A stretch of 64,000 nucleotides of DNA. Source: Candidatus Hecatella orcuttiae (GTDB lineage Archaea > Thermoproteota > Bathyarchaeia > Hecatellales > Hecatellaceae). Every line of letters begins with the position of its first letter. Position 1 is the first letter of the stretch. The position numbers and the translations under genes are program-made. The stretch spans positions 448,001 through 512,000 of the forward strand of contig MTLY02000003.1 in NCBI GenBank assembly GCA_002011035.2, in the 5' to 3' direction. Below are positions 18,959-27,465 of this stretch, one piece after another. Under the pieces are notes generated by a model. The model was not told the origin of the DNA. It ran no database searches and was given only the letters and a program-made list of their open reading frames with translations.

Positions 18959-20209
18959 GTGAAGACGCTGCTTGAGCAGGCAAGAGAGGGCCTCATCACC
19001 GAGGCCATGAAGGCTGTTGCGAAATCTGAGAGAGTTTCAGAGAAGTTCATTCGGGAAGGCGTTGCGGAAGGTAGGATTGTGATTCTGCAGCGCCCTGGTT
19101 TTTCACCCTTGGGGATTGGAAAAGGGCTGCGCACTAAGGTGAACGCCAACATAGGCTCATCTTCCGACGCTGTGGATGAGGAAAAAGAGATAGAGAAAGC
19201 CCGGGTTGCGGAAAAATACGGAGCCCATACCATTTCGGATTTATCCATGGGAGGAAACCTCGCCTACCTAAGGGTGAAGATCCTTGAAGCGACCACCGTT
19301 CCCGTCTCCTCCGTCCCCATCTATCAGGCTTTGAGCGAATGCAGAAGCTTTGAAAAGATGAGCCTTTCTAAGATTCTAAAAGTCCTCCGAAGGGATGTAT
19401 ACCAAGGCATAAGCTCCATCGTCATCCACCCCGGTTTCACCTTGGAGACCTTGGAAAAGGTAAGGAAGAGAAAGCGCATCATGGGGATTGTTTCAAAGGG
19501 AGGCTCCTACACCGCCATGTGGATGCTTACCCACCGAAGGGAAAACCCCTTCTTAGAGGTCTTCGACGAGATTTTGGACATAGCCCACAGCCGTGATGTG
19601 GTGCTTTCCCTAGGAAACACTATGCGCTCCGGTTCAGTCTACGATGAGCTTGACGAGCCTCAAATGGACGAACTCCACATGAACACGGAGCTCGCGGAGA
19701 AAGCCAACGAGAGAGGAGTGCAGGTCATCATAGAAGGTCTAGGCGGGCACATCCCAGCCGGCAACATAGCCCCTTCAGTGGAAAAATTCAACAAAATAAC
19801 AGGCCAACGCCCCCTCTACGTGGCAGGGCCTCTGCCAGTGGACGTGGCAGTGGGCTACGACCACATTGCAGCCTGTGTGGGAGGAGCCCTCGCCGCGGGA
19901 GCTGGGGCAGACTATCTCTGCTACATCACCCCAGCGGAACACCTCAACCTACCCACCGTGGAACAGGTCAAGGAGGGAGTCTTAGCCTGCAGGATTGCAG
20001 CCCACATCGGGGACACCGTGAAATACGGCCTCTCCGAAGCCGATAGGAACATTGGCCTTCACAGAAGAAAACAGGACTGGGAAGGCCAGTTCTTCCACGC
20101 CTTAGACGGAGGGGAAAAGGGAAGGCAGATCCGCGGGGAAACCGTTATGTGTAAAATGTGCGGCCGATACTGTGCGCTGAAAATCATGGACCAATATTTG
20201 GGAGGGTGA
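18959..20209 (+). CDS. ThiC/BzaF-family radical SAM enzyme (HMP-P synthase or 5-hydroxybenzimidazole synthase)
   Basis: TKVNANIGSS, VPIYQA, GYDHI, CYITPAEHL, C-terminal CKMCGRYC cluster motif; several active-site segments diverge from canonical ThiC. Confidence 0.85.
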   Translation: MKTLLEQAREGLITEAMKAVAKSERVSEKFIREGVAEGRIVILQRPGFSPLGIGKGLRTKVNANIGSSSDAVDEEKEIEKARVAEKYGAHTISDLSMGGNLAYLRVKILEATTVPVSSVPIYQALSECRSFEKMSLSKILKVLRRDVYQGISSIVIHPGFTLETLEKVRKRKRIMGIVSKGGSYTAMWMLTHRRENPFLEVFDEILDIAHSRDVVLSLGNTMRSGSVYDELDEPQMDELHMNTELAEKANERGVQVIIEGLGGHIPAGNIAPSVEKFNKITGQRPLYVAGPLPVDVAVGYDHIAACVGGALAAGAGADYLCYITPAEHLNLPTVEQVKEGVLACRIAAHIGDTVKYGLSEADRNIGLHRRKQDWEGQFFHALDGGEKGRQIRGETVMCKMCGRYCALKIMDQYLGG

Positions 20210-20309
20210 AACAGCCGCCTCTGGCAGCGGATTTCCGAGAAGGCGGCTTCACCAAACAGCTTATGAAGGTGAAACTTCCCTTAAAGAATGGAATCCTAGG
20301 GATGCTCCT

Positions 20310-22061
20310 TTGTCAGAGGACCGGGAACACCAGAAGCTTGAAAGTTTAATCCGAAAATACACCATTTTGAACGCTTACACCCACAGGGGGAAGGCCCACG
20401 CCCAAGCAGTGTTAAGCAAAGTTTTGGGGGAAATGCCCCAATACAAGAAAAAAGCCCTAGAAGTTCTGAGCGAAGTCAAACGGGCGGTGGAGGAAGTAAA
20501 CAGGTTAACCCTCCAAGAGCAGAAAAAAATTTTGGAGGAAACGTGGCCTGAACTTTTGGAAGCTAAGCCCAAGGTGGAGGAGCGGGCGCTGCCTCCTCTT
20601 CCTGAGGCTGATAAATACCCGCAGGTTGTCACCAGGTTTTCCCCCAATCCTGACTGCGTCCTCCACATGGGCTCCGCGCGGGCCATAATTCTGTCTTGGA
20701 GTTACGCCCGCATGTACCACGGTGTTTTCCTCCTCAGGTTTGAGGACACGGACCCTCATTTGAAGAAGCCGTCGCTGGAGTTTTACGACAGCATAAGGGA
20801 GGACCTCCTCTGGCTGGGCTGCAAGTGGGATAGAGAATACATTCAAAGCCAAAGACTCGGCCTTTACTACATCTACGCAAAAAAACTTCTCGAAGAAGGA
20901 AAAGCCTACGTCTGCACCTGTCAGCCTGAGGTTTTCAGGCGGAAAATATCAGCAAGGCAGCCTTGCCCCTGCCGGGAGCAACCCCCCGAGACCCACCTTC
21001 ACAGGTGGGAGAAAATGCTCGACGGAGGATTCGGCGAGGGGGAGGCTGTGGTGAGGGTGAAGACCGACCTCAGCCACCCTAACCCCGCTGTGAGGGACTG
21101 GCCTGCCTTGAGGATCGTGGACACCGGGAAGACGCCTCACCCCTTGGTGGGAGATCGCTACAGAGTTTGGCCTCTCTACAATTTCTCCAGCGGCTTAGAC
21201 GACCATCTCTTAGGAGTCACCCATGTCATCCGGGGTAAGGAGCACCTCACCAACGAGCAGCGTCAGCGATACCTCTACCACCATCTGGGGTGGGACTATC
21301 CCACAGCCATCCATTACGGCCGGCTTAAGATAGAGGGAGTCCTCCTCAGCAAGTCCAAGATTAAGCTGGGAGTCGAACAGGGGGTCTATGAAGGCTACAG
21401 CGACCCTCGACTGGCCACCTTCGCCGCCCTCCGGCGGAGAGGCATAAAGCCTCAGGCTATCGAGGAAATGATCCTAGAAATAGGCCTGAAGCCTGTGGAC
21501 ATTACTCTAAGCTGGGATACCCTCTACTCTCACAATCGCAGGATTCTGGACCCCGTGGCTAACCGCTACTTTTTCGTCGCCCAACCCTTCCTCCTCGAAG
21601 TTTCAGGGGCTGAGAAGCCTTTCAAAGCTGTGCACCCCCTCCACCCTGAGCACCCGGAAAGAGGTTTCCGGGCCTTTGAAATTAAACCGGACAAGGGAGT
21701 AATCCGGCTGCTGGTTTCCGGGAACGACCGCCCGCTTTTCACATCCGGAGCCTACCTCCGGCTGAAAAACCTCTTCAACATCCAAGTTAAAGCCTTCCAA
21801 GAGGGCAAGGCTCTGGCCAGCTTCACCGGGACCAGCCATGAGGAGGCCCAGAAGGGGCACGTCCCCATAATTCACTATCTGCCCGCTGCGTCCAACATTC
21901 CCAGCCTCATGGTCATGCCCGATGGCTCTAGGATTGAAGGGTTTTCCGAGGAAGCCTGTAAAGGGTTGAAGGTGGGAGAAATGGTTCAACTGGAGAGATG
22001 GGGATTCGCCAGGGTGGATGCTGTAGCTCCCCAGCTCACCTTCTTCTACGCTCACAAATAG
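20310..22061 (+). CDS. gltX: glutamyl-tRNA synthetase (archaeal)
   Basis: RFSPNP, HMGS (HIGH-like), LRFEDTD, THVIRGKEH, LSKS, QLERWGF. Confidence 0.95.
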   Translation: MSEDREHQKLESLIRKYTILNAYTHRGKAHAQAVLSKVLGEMPQYKKKALEVLSEVKRAVEEVNRLTLQEQKKILEETWPELLEAKPKVEERALPPLPEADKYPQVVTRFSPNPDCVLHMGSARAIILSWSYARMYHGVFLLRFEDTDPHLKKPSLEFYDSIREDLLWLGCKWDREYIQSQRLGLYYIYAKKLLEEGKAYVCTCQPEVFRRKISARQPCPCREQPPETHLHRWEKMLDGGFGEGEAVVRVKTDLSHPNPAVRDWPALRIVDTGKTPHPLVGDRYRVWPLYNFSSGLDDHLLGVTHVIRGKEHLTNEQRQRYLYHHLGWDYPTAIHYGRLKIEGVLLSKSKIKLGVEQGVYEGYSDPRLATFAALRRRGIKPQAIEEMILEIGLKPVDITLSWDTLYSHNRRILDPVANRYFFVAQPFLLEVSGAEKPFKAVHPLHPEHPERGFRAFEIKPDKGVIRLLVSGNDRPLFTSGAYLRLKNLFNIQVKAFQEGKALASFTGTSHEEAQKGHVPIIHYLPAASNIPSLMVMPDGSRIEGFSEEACKGLKVGEMVQLERWGFARVDAVAPQLTFFYAHK

Positions 22062-22081
22062 CTGAAGCGGTTCGATTAACC

Positions 22082-22097
22082 CGCAAAAGCTTATAAA
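22082..22097 (+). promoter_or_regulatory. BRE/TATA promoter of the rpl7ae operon
   Basis: cgcaaaag followed by cTTATAAA about 50 nt upstream of the rpl7ae ATG. Confidence 0.6.
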
Positions 22098-22145
22098 CTG
22101 GGTTCCTAACCTAAATCTAGCATACCATTATAAGGGTGTAGGCGA

Positions 22146-22520
22146 ATGCCAAAAGCCTTCTATGTCAAGTTTGACGTGCCAAAAGAACTGGCAGATGTAG
22201 CCTATGAAGCCCTTAGGATAGCCAACGACACGGGAAAGATCAGACGGGGAACCAACGAAACCACCAAGGCTGTTGAAAGAGGAATCGCCAAACTGGTGCT
22301 CATAGCCGAAGACGTAGAGCCCCCTGAGGTCGTGGCCCATCTGCCCCTTCTCTGCGAAGAGAGGAAAATCCCCTACATTTACGTGTCCAGCAAAGAAAAG
22401 CTGGGAGAAGCCTCCGGAATCAACGTCAGAGCTGCCTCCGTCGCCATCGTTGAGCCCGGCGAATCCAAGGAAATGCTCTCCGAGCTCATCAAAAAACTGG
22501 AAACCTTGAAGAAAGCGTGA
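22146..22520 (+). CDS. rpl7ae: 50S ribosomal protein L7Ae
   Basis: [17 protein letters not shown]...[15 protein letters not shown]. Confidence 0.97.
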   Translation: MPKAFYVKFDVPKELADVAYEALRIANDTGKIRRGTNETTKAVERGIAKLVLIAEDVEPPEVVAHLPLLCEERKIPYIYVSSKEKLGEASGINVRAASVAIVEPGESKEMLSELIKKLETLKKA

Positions 22521-22534
22521 GGTTTTAAGCTTCC

Positions 22535-22744
22535 ATGAGCTCCGCTCAGCAAAACACCCCTGCTGAAGTTGTTCAGGTTGTAGGGAGAACCGGAGTGACG
22601 GGAGAGGTCATCCAAGTCAGAGTTAAGATTCTCGAAGGCAAAGACAAAGGTCGAGTGATCACAAGAAACGTTCGAGGCCCTGTTAGGACAGGGGACATTC
22701 TGATGCTGAGAGAGACTGAGCGGGAAGCCAAAAGAATATCCTAA
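22535..22744 (+). CDS. rps28e: 30S ribosomal protein S28e
   Basis: [14 protein letters not shown]...RNVRGPVR...LRETEREA. Confidence 0.97.
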   Translation: MSSAQQNTPAEVVQVVGRTGVTGEVIQVRVKILEGKDKGRVITRNVRGPVRTGDILMLRETEREAKRIS

Positions 22745-22758
22745 CCTAGGGATAGTCG

Positions 22759-22956
22759 ATGCCTAAACCGAGGTCATGCTCTTTCTGTGGGAGAGAATTT
22801 CCCCAAGGATTCGGCTTGATGTACGTTAAAAACGACGGAACCATCCTCTGGTATTGCTCCAGCAAATGCCGAAAAAGCTCCCTCCACCTTCGGAGGGACT
22901 CGAGGAAGCTCAAATGGACAGCCTACTACGGAAAGAAGGAAAAAGGCCGAGGTTAG
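22759..22956 (+). CDS. rpl24e: 50S ribosomal protein L24e
   Basis: CSFCG...G.MYVKNDG...CSSKC...KLKWT. Confidence 0.97.
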   Translation: MPKPRSCSFCGREFPQGFGLMYVKNDGTILWYCSSKCRKSSLHLRRDSRKLKWTAYYGKKEKGRG

Positions 22957-22960
22957 GCTG

Positions 22961-23383
22961 ATGGTGGAAAAAACCTTCGCCATACTAAAACCTGAAACCG
23001 TTGCCCGAGGCCTCGTCGGAGAGGTTCTTCGGCGGATTGAGCAAGAGGGCTTCAGAATCTGCGCCGCCAAACTCGTCAAGGCTACTGAGAAGCAGGCGGA
23101 AAAACTGTACGAGATGCACGTGGGAAAACCCTTCTACAAGGAACTTTTAAGCCACATCACCTCCGGGCCCATCTTCGTCATGGTGGTGGAAGGGGAAAGT
23201 GCTGTGCAAAGACTCAGAGCCTTGGTGGGAGCGACCAACCCTGCGGAGGCTGAGAAGGGAACCATCCGGGGAGACTACGGGTTAACCGTCACTAAGAACG
23301 CCATCCACGCTGCGGACAGTCAGGAAAACGCTAGGAGAGAGACGGCTATCTTCTTCGCTCCGGAAGAAATCCTAGACCTTTAA
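22961..23383 (+). CDS. ndk: nucleoside diphosphate kinase
   Basis: TFAILKP, GATNP, GTIRGD, NAIHAADS (catalytic His). Confidence 0.96.
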   Translation: MVEKTFAILKPETVARGLVGEVLRRIEQEGFRICAAKLVKATEKQAEKLYEMHVGKPFYKELLSHITSGPIFVMVVEGESAVQRLRALVGATNPAEAEKGTIRGDYGLTVTKNAIHAADSQENARRETAIFFAPEEILDL

Positions 23384-23512
23384 CAAACCTTCCGACTTGT
23401 AAAAATTACATCTCACCTAAAATGCTGGGTTCATCGCCCACCGGCAGCGACACTTTAATAGGAGCGATTTTTTAAATTTTAATAGACCTCATCACCGAGA
23501 TGTTGGTTCACC

Positions 23513-23824
23513 GTGTTTTCCAGCGCCTTTAAGCGTACACTTTGGTGGATGATAGCCGGAACGAGGGGAGGGGTAACCCGGGGAAAAATAATCCTCGCCT
23601 TGAAGGAGAGGCCTTTGAACGCCAATCAGCTGGCTGAGCTTCTTCAACTACACTACAGGGCTATCCGCTTCCATCTGGAACTGCTGGTTGACAACAACAT
23701 CCTCACCAATGCTGGGGGTAAATACGGGGCGGTTTATTTTCTTTCCCCAGAGATTGAGTCAAACTGGGAGCTCTTCAAGGAAATATGGAATCGCCTCCAA
23801 AGGATAGATAAAAAGAAAGGGTGA
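23513..23824 (+). CDS. ArsR-like winged-helix transcriptional regulator
   Basis: LWWMIAGTRGG..R..II..L..RP.NANQLA..L...Y..IR.HL..L; KYGAVYFLS wing. Confidence 0.85.
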   Translation: MFSSAFKRTLWWMIAGTRGGVTRGKIILALKERPLNANQLAELLQLHYRAIRFHLELLVDNNILTNAGGKYGAVYFLSPEIESNWELFKEIWNRLQRIDKKKG

Positions 23825-23859
23825 ATCAACGTATAAGACATCAGGAAGGTTGAACAGAT

Positions 23860-24111
23860 ATGACTTTAGAGAGTGGTGTGCATATAGTTTCTCATATTGT
23901 TCAAATAACCATCACCCTGATAATTATCTACTATTTCATTCAAAATTATAGGGCCATAAGGTCAAGGTTTAACTTAGGTCTCATTCTCTTCGCCGTGGCC
24001 ATGTTGTTTCAGATTGTTTTCGCTTGGTCTTTGCACATCCCTCTCCATCTTCTGTCGGAAACGTTTGAGATAGCGGCGCTTTTGATCTTTTTAAGCCTTA
24101 TAAGACGGTGA
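23860..24111 (+). CDS. small 3-TM membrane protein paired with the regulator
   Basis: 83 aa, three hydrophobic helices, co-oriented with the HTH gene; SD-like AGGAAGG. Confidence 0.75.
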   Translation: MTLESGVHIVSHIVQITITLIIIYYFIQNYRAIRSRFNLGLILFAVAMLFQIVFAWSLHIPLHLLSETFEIAALLIFLSLIRR

Positions 24112-24140
24112 AAACGCCTTCCCATCAGGTCAGCGTGTAT

Positions 24141-24221
24141 ATGTCTATATAGTTAAAATATTGTATAGACGTAAAAGCTAAATATCTTGAATTTATAATT
24201 AATTTGTAACAAATTTATAAT
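24141..24221. promoter_or_regulatory. AT-rich promoter with an inverted repeat and three phased direct repeats
   Basis: ATGTCTATA...TATAGACGT inverted repeat at 24141-24172; AATTT(A/G)TAA(T/C) at 24190, 24201 and 24212 (11-bp period). Confidence 0.55.
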
Positions 24222-24234
24222 AGATGGATGACAT

Positions 24235-25089
24235 TTGAGCGACAGCCCTGCGGAAATACCTCCCGCCTCCGAAACAGCAAAACCTTCCCCGCTTAGGATG
24301 ATGGCAGAAGCCTTAAAGCTACATCGCCAAGGGAAGCCTTTGGCTAAGGATGATGTAATCTCCCTCTTCTTCTCGATGGCTGATTATGTGCACAAAGCTT
24401 GGAAGGCAGGCCTCAGTAAAAGAAGCGAATGCGCCTATGCAGGTTCTCTGCTTCTCTACGAGACGCTGAAAAGGACAGGCTTCCGATTTGCCTCCGACGT
24501 GGAGGATGCCAATCGAATCTGGAAAGCTGGAATGAAGCTGGCGGAGGAAATTTGGAACAAGCTTGAATCTTCCAGGAATAACCCGCTCTCGGGTGAAGGT
24601 CTGAGCTTTAAGGAGGAAATCCAAGCCATGTCCTCTCTACTCTGGGAGGAATACCAAAAGGTAGCTAACCCTCCTGCAGGTCAAGTGGAAGGAAAAGGAT
24701 TGACTGAAGTTTTCAGAAAGGCGGTTGAATACGTCGAAGCTGGAAAAAAGGAGGGGCTTCAAGAACATCAGATCCAGATGCAGTTACCTGAGTTTAGACA
24801 TGGACGATTCCGCGTAAACAGAGTTTACAGTTTCGACCCTCTTATCCTGGGAATGCATCTGAACGATGAGGCAAGACTCAGGTTTAATCCAAAGGTCAAA
24901 AAAACCGTGGAGGATTTCGCAGCTAGGCGGGGTTTAAGGTTTCAACCCTCAAGCTTTGACATCTACCTTCTCAAGGGAGAGAAGAAGGTGGCTTGGCTTA
25001 GGGAGGATTTCTTTGGGGCGTCAACCCCGGAGCTTTTTGAGGAGATAGGCCGCATAATCTACGGCTCAGCCCTCAGGGATGATGAATGA
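24235..25089 (+). CDS. hypothetical soluble protein
   Basis: 284-aa ORF; its stop overlaps the next start (ATGA), so it is translationally coupled; no recognisable motif. Confidence 0.7.
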   Translation: MSDSPAEIPPASETAKPSPLRMMAEALKLHRQGKPLAKDDVISLFFSMADYVHKAWKAGLSKRSECAYAGSLLLYETLKRTGFRFASDVEDANRIWKAGMKLAEEIWNKLESSRNNPLSGEGLSFKEEIQAMSSLLWEEYQKVANPPAGQVEGKGLTEVFRKAVEYVEAGKKEGLQEHQIQMQLPEFRHGRFRVNRVYSFDPLILGMHLNDEARLRFNPKVKKTVEDFAARRGLRFQPSSFDIYLLKGEKKVAWLREDFFGASTPELFEEIGRIIYGSALRDDE

Positions 25090-27059
25090 AGAAAAATCAT
25101 CTGCTGTCCGTCGCCGTAATCGTCATCGCCTTGGTTATTCTTGGTTACGCCCTACCGGTAACAGGGCGGATGAGCGAAATAATCCTAACAGTCGAAGAAG
25201 AATCCGGCCGGCTGGCTGAAGCTGATTCTTCACCCAAGATCATAGAGATCACCGCGAAAAGGTTCACCTTCGAACCCAACATCATTCACGTAAAGCTGGG
25301 AGAGGAGGTAATCTTCAGGATAAAGAGCGCGGATGTCACCCACGGATTCTACATCGACGGCTACGATTACTTCGTAACCATCCCCCCGGGAGAAGTCGTG
25401 GATGTGGGGCCGATAATTTTCGACGGACCGGGTAAATTGAAGATAAGATGCGCGATAACGTGCGGGCCTCTGCATCCATTCATGGTTGCGGACATACTCG
25501 TGGAGCCCAATTATGTTTTCCCAGCCTTCATCTTCTTAACGTTAGGCATGTTCGGGGCCACCACTCTCTACATCAGCCGAGGGCCCAGTAACCGAATGCT
25601 GGGAGTTCCCCTTGACAAGGATGTTGACTTGCTGAGGGTTAAGATCGTAGGGCCTATTTTGAAGAAGATTCTCCAATGGAGGGGTATCCACTTTGCACTC
25701 ATCTGGCCAAACCTTCTGATCTTTATGATCGTCTTAACAACAGCATTCTTCGGTAATCCAACAGGAAACAAGAACTTCTCCATAGCGGTAGTCTGGATAC
25801 TTTGGTTTGCCGCTGTTGAATTTATGATACTCTTTGCTGGAAGACTATGGTGCACTGTCTGTCCTCTACCGGCTTTCGGAGAATGGCTTGCAAGAAGAAG
25901 ACTTTACGGTGTTCACAGTCTGAGAAAGTGGCTGTCTTTGGGAAAAAAGTGGCCTAAAAGCTTGAACAACATGTGGATACCGGCCTTCGGTTTCTTAGGA
26001 ATATCTCTCATCGTTCCTTGGCTTGTCACAAGACCCGTAGTGACCGGGTTTTTGTTCCTCATACTTATAGTGCTCCCTTTGATTCTACATCCAATTTTTA
26101 CCCGGAGATATTTCTGTCGCTCTGTCTGTCCGGCGGGCGGATACATAGGCCATCATTCTAACGCTTCGATCCTCGCTATTAGATGCCGGAATAAAACTGT
26201 CTGCGATAAGCATGTGGCTAAAGAGTGTATCGGTGGAAGTCCCAAAGGCTACGGTTGCCCTTGGGTGCTCTATCCGGGTGGCAACGACCAGAACACCTAC
26301 TGCGGTCAGTGTTTTGAATGCCTCAAATCTTGTCCCTTAGACAATATGACGCTGAAGCTGAGGATGATAGGCCAAGACCTAGCTAACCTAGCAACCAAAG
26401 CCAAGGACAAGTTTGATGAGGCGTGGATGGATTTCATCAGATTTACCTTGGTCATCACTTACCAGCTGGTCTTTTTCGGCCCCTACTTCTGGTTTAAAGA
26501 CTGGGGTAACATGGGGAATATCTTCGGAGCTAACCTGGCCACCATAGGACTTCTCACACCTTCTTTCCAAGGACTGAGCAACTGGTTCGGATGGGCGGTG
26601 ATAGTGGGTGGCACTGCATTAGTAGGCTATCCTGCCCTGTTCTACGCCTTCTCTTGGCTGGCGAAGAAGACTGCCGGCGATGTTGAACACGCACCTAAAC
26701 AAGTCTTCCTCTCTTTCAGCTACGCCTTGACTCCCTACAGCCTGTTCCTTTGGCTGGCATTCGCCATCACCCTCGTAACCGTTAACTGGGCATATCCCCT
26801 AACGGCTTTTTCCGATCCTCTGGGGTGGGGTTGGAATCTGCTGGGAACCCGGTTTGCATGGAGACCAATCCTTCCGGATTTTCTGCCCTACTTCCAGCTA
26901 CCGATTGTTCTTGTAGGGCTAGCTTTGGCGGTGAACAGCACCTACAACATCGCTGTGAGACTCTTCGGCGACCACGCTAAGGCTCTGAGAGCATCAACGG
27001 TCATGGGTGTTTTGCACACCCTTGCCGCCTTGGTTTTCATCTGGATTATATCGGGGTGA
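25086..27059 (+). CDS. CuA-type cupredoxin fused to a multi-TM 4Fe-4S polyferredoxin (NapH/NosR/CcoG/FtrD-like)
   Basis: Signal/anchor; DVTHGF...CAITCGPLHPFM (CuA); WCTVCP and FCRSVCP; CGQCFECLKSCP; roughly 10 or more TM helices. Confidence 0.85.
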   Translation: MKKNHLLSVAVIVIALVILGYALPVTGRMSEIILTVEEESGRLAEADSSPKIIEITAKRFTFEPNIIHVKLGEEVIFRIKSADVTHGFYIDGYDYFVTIPPGEVVDVGPIIFDGPGKLKIRCAITCGPLHPFMVADILVEPNYVFPAFIFLTLGMFGATTLYISRGPSNRMLGVPLDKDVDLLRVKIVGPILKKILQWRGIHFALIWPNLLIFMIVLTTAFFGNPTGNKNFSIAVVWILWFAAVEFMILFAGRLWCTVCPLPAFGEWLARRRLYGVHSLRKWLSLGKKWPKSLNNMWIPAFGFLGISLIVPWLVTRPVVTGFLFLILIVLPLILHPIFTRRYFCRSVCPAGGYIGHHSNASILAIRCRNKTVCDKHVAKECIGGSPKGYGCPWVLYPGGNDQNTYCGQCFECLKSCPLDNMTLKLRMIGQDLANLATKAKDKFDEAWMDFIRFTLVITYQLVFFGPYFWFKDWGNMGNIFGANLATIGLLTPSFQGLSNWFGWAVIVGGTALVGYPALFYAFSWLAKKTAGDVEHAPKQVFLSFSYALTPYSLFLWLAFAITLVTVNWAYPLTAFSDPLGWGWNLLGTRFAWRPILPDFLPYFQLPIVLVGLALAVNSTYNIAVRLFGDHAKALRASTVMGVLHTLAALVFIWIISG

Positions 27060-27463
27060 ATGAAGTGATGAAGAAAACTGTACTGTTGTGGGAAAGCATT
27101 GCATTGCTCTTGGTAGTCGTCGCTGTGGCCGCGTTTTTCCTTCCTTTGGCAGATGGGATTTTCATGCCGAGGGAGCCGGACGAGATTGTGGTAAGGATGA
27201 GCATCAAGGAAAGCGGAGGCTTCGACCCCGAAGTCATAACCGTGAAGAAAGGGCAGACTGTCCGGTTGGTCCTCATAAGCATGGATGTTTCCCACGGCTT
27301 CACTGTCGAAGGCCTTGACATCGACGTGAAGATTGTTAATCCGGAAAAGAAGGTGGTGGTGGAGTTCACACCTGAGGAAGAGGGAGTCTACATGTTTAAA
27401 TGTACAGTTCAATGCAGCCCCCTCCACCACTACATGAGGGGACTGTTCATAGTGGAGGGTTAG
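27056..27463 (+). CDS. membrane-anchored CuA-type cupredoxin (COX2/NosZ C-terminal-like)
   Basis: N-terminal TM; GFDPEVITVKKGQTV, DVSHGF, CTVQCSPLHHYM. Confidence 0.88.
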   Translation: MNEVMKKTVLLWESIALLLVVVAVAAFFLPLADGIFMPREPDEIVVRMSIKESGGFDPEVITVKKGQTVRLVLISMDVSHGFTVEGLDIDVKIVNPEKKVVVEFTPEEEGVYMFKCTVQCSPLHHYMRGLFIVEG

Positions 27464-27465
27464 AG

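Noticed and set aside
25086-27463. Calling the cupredoxins coxB or nosZ
   Set aside because: No subunit I nearby, no NosZ beta-propeller; only the CuA domain is shared
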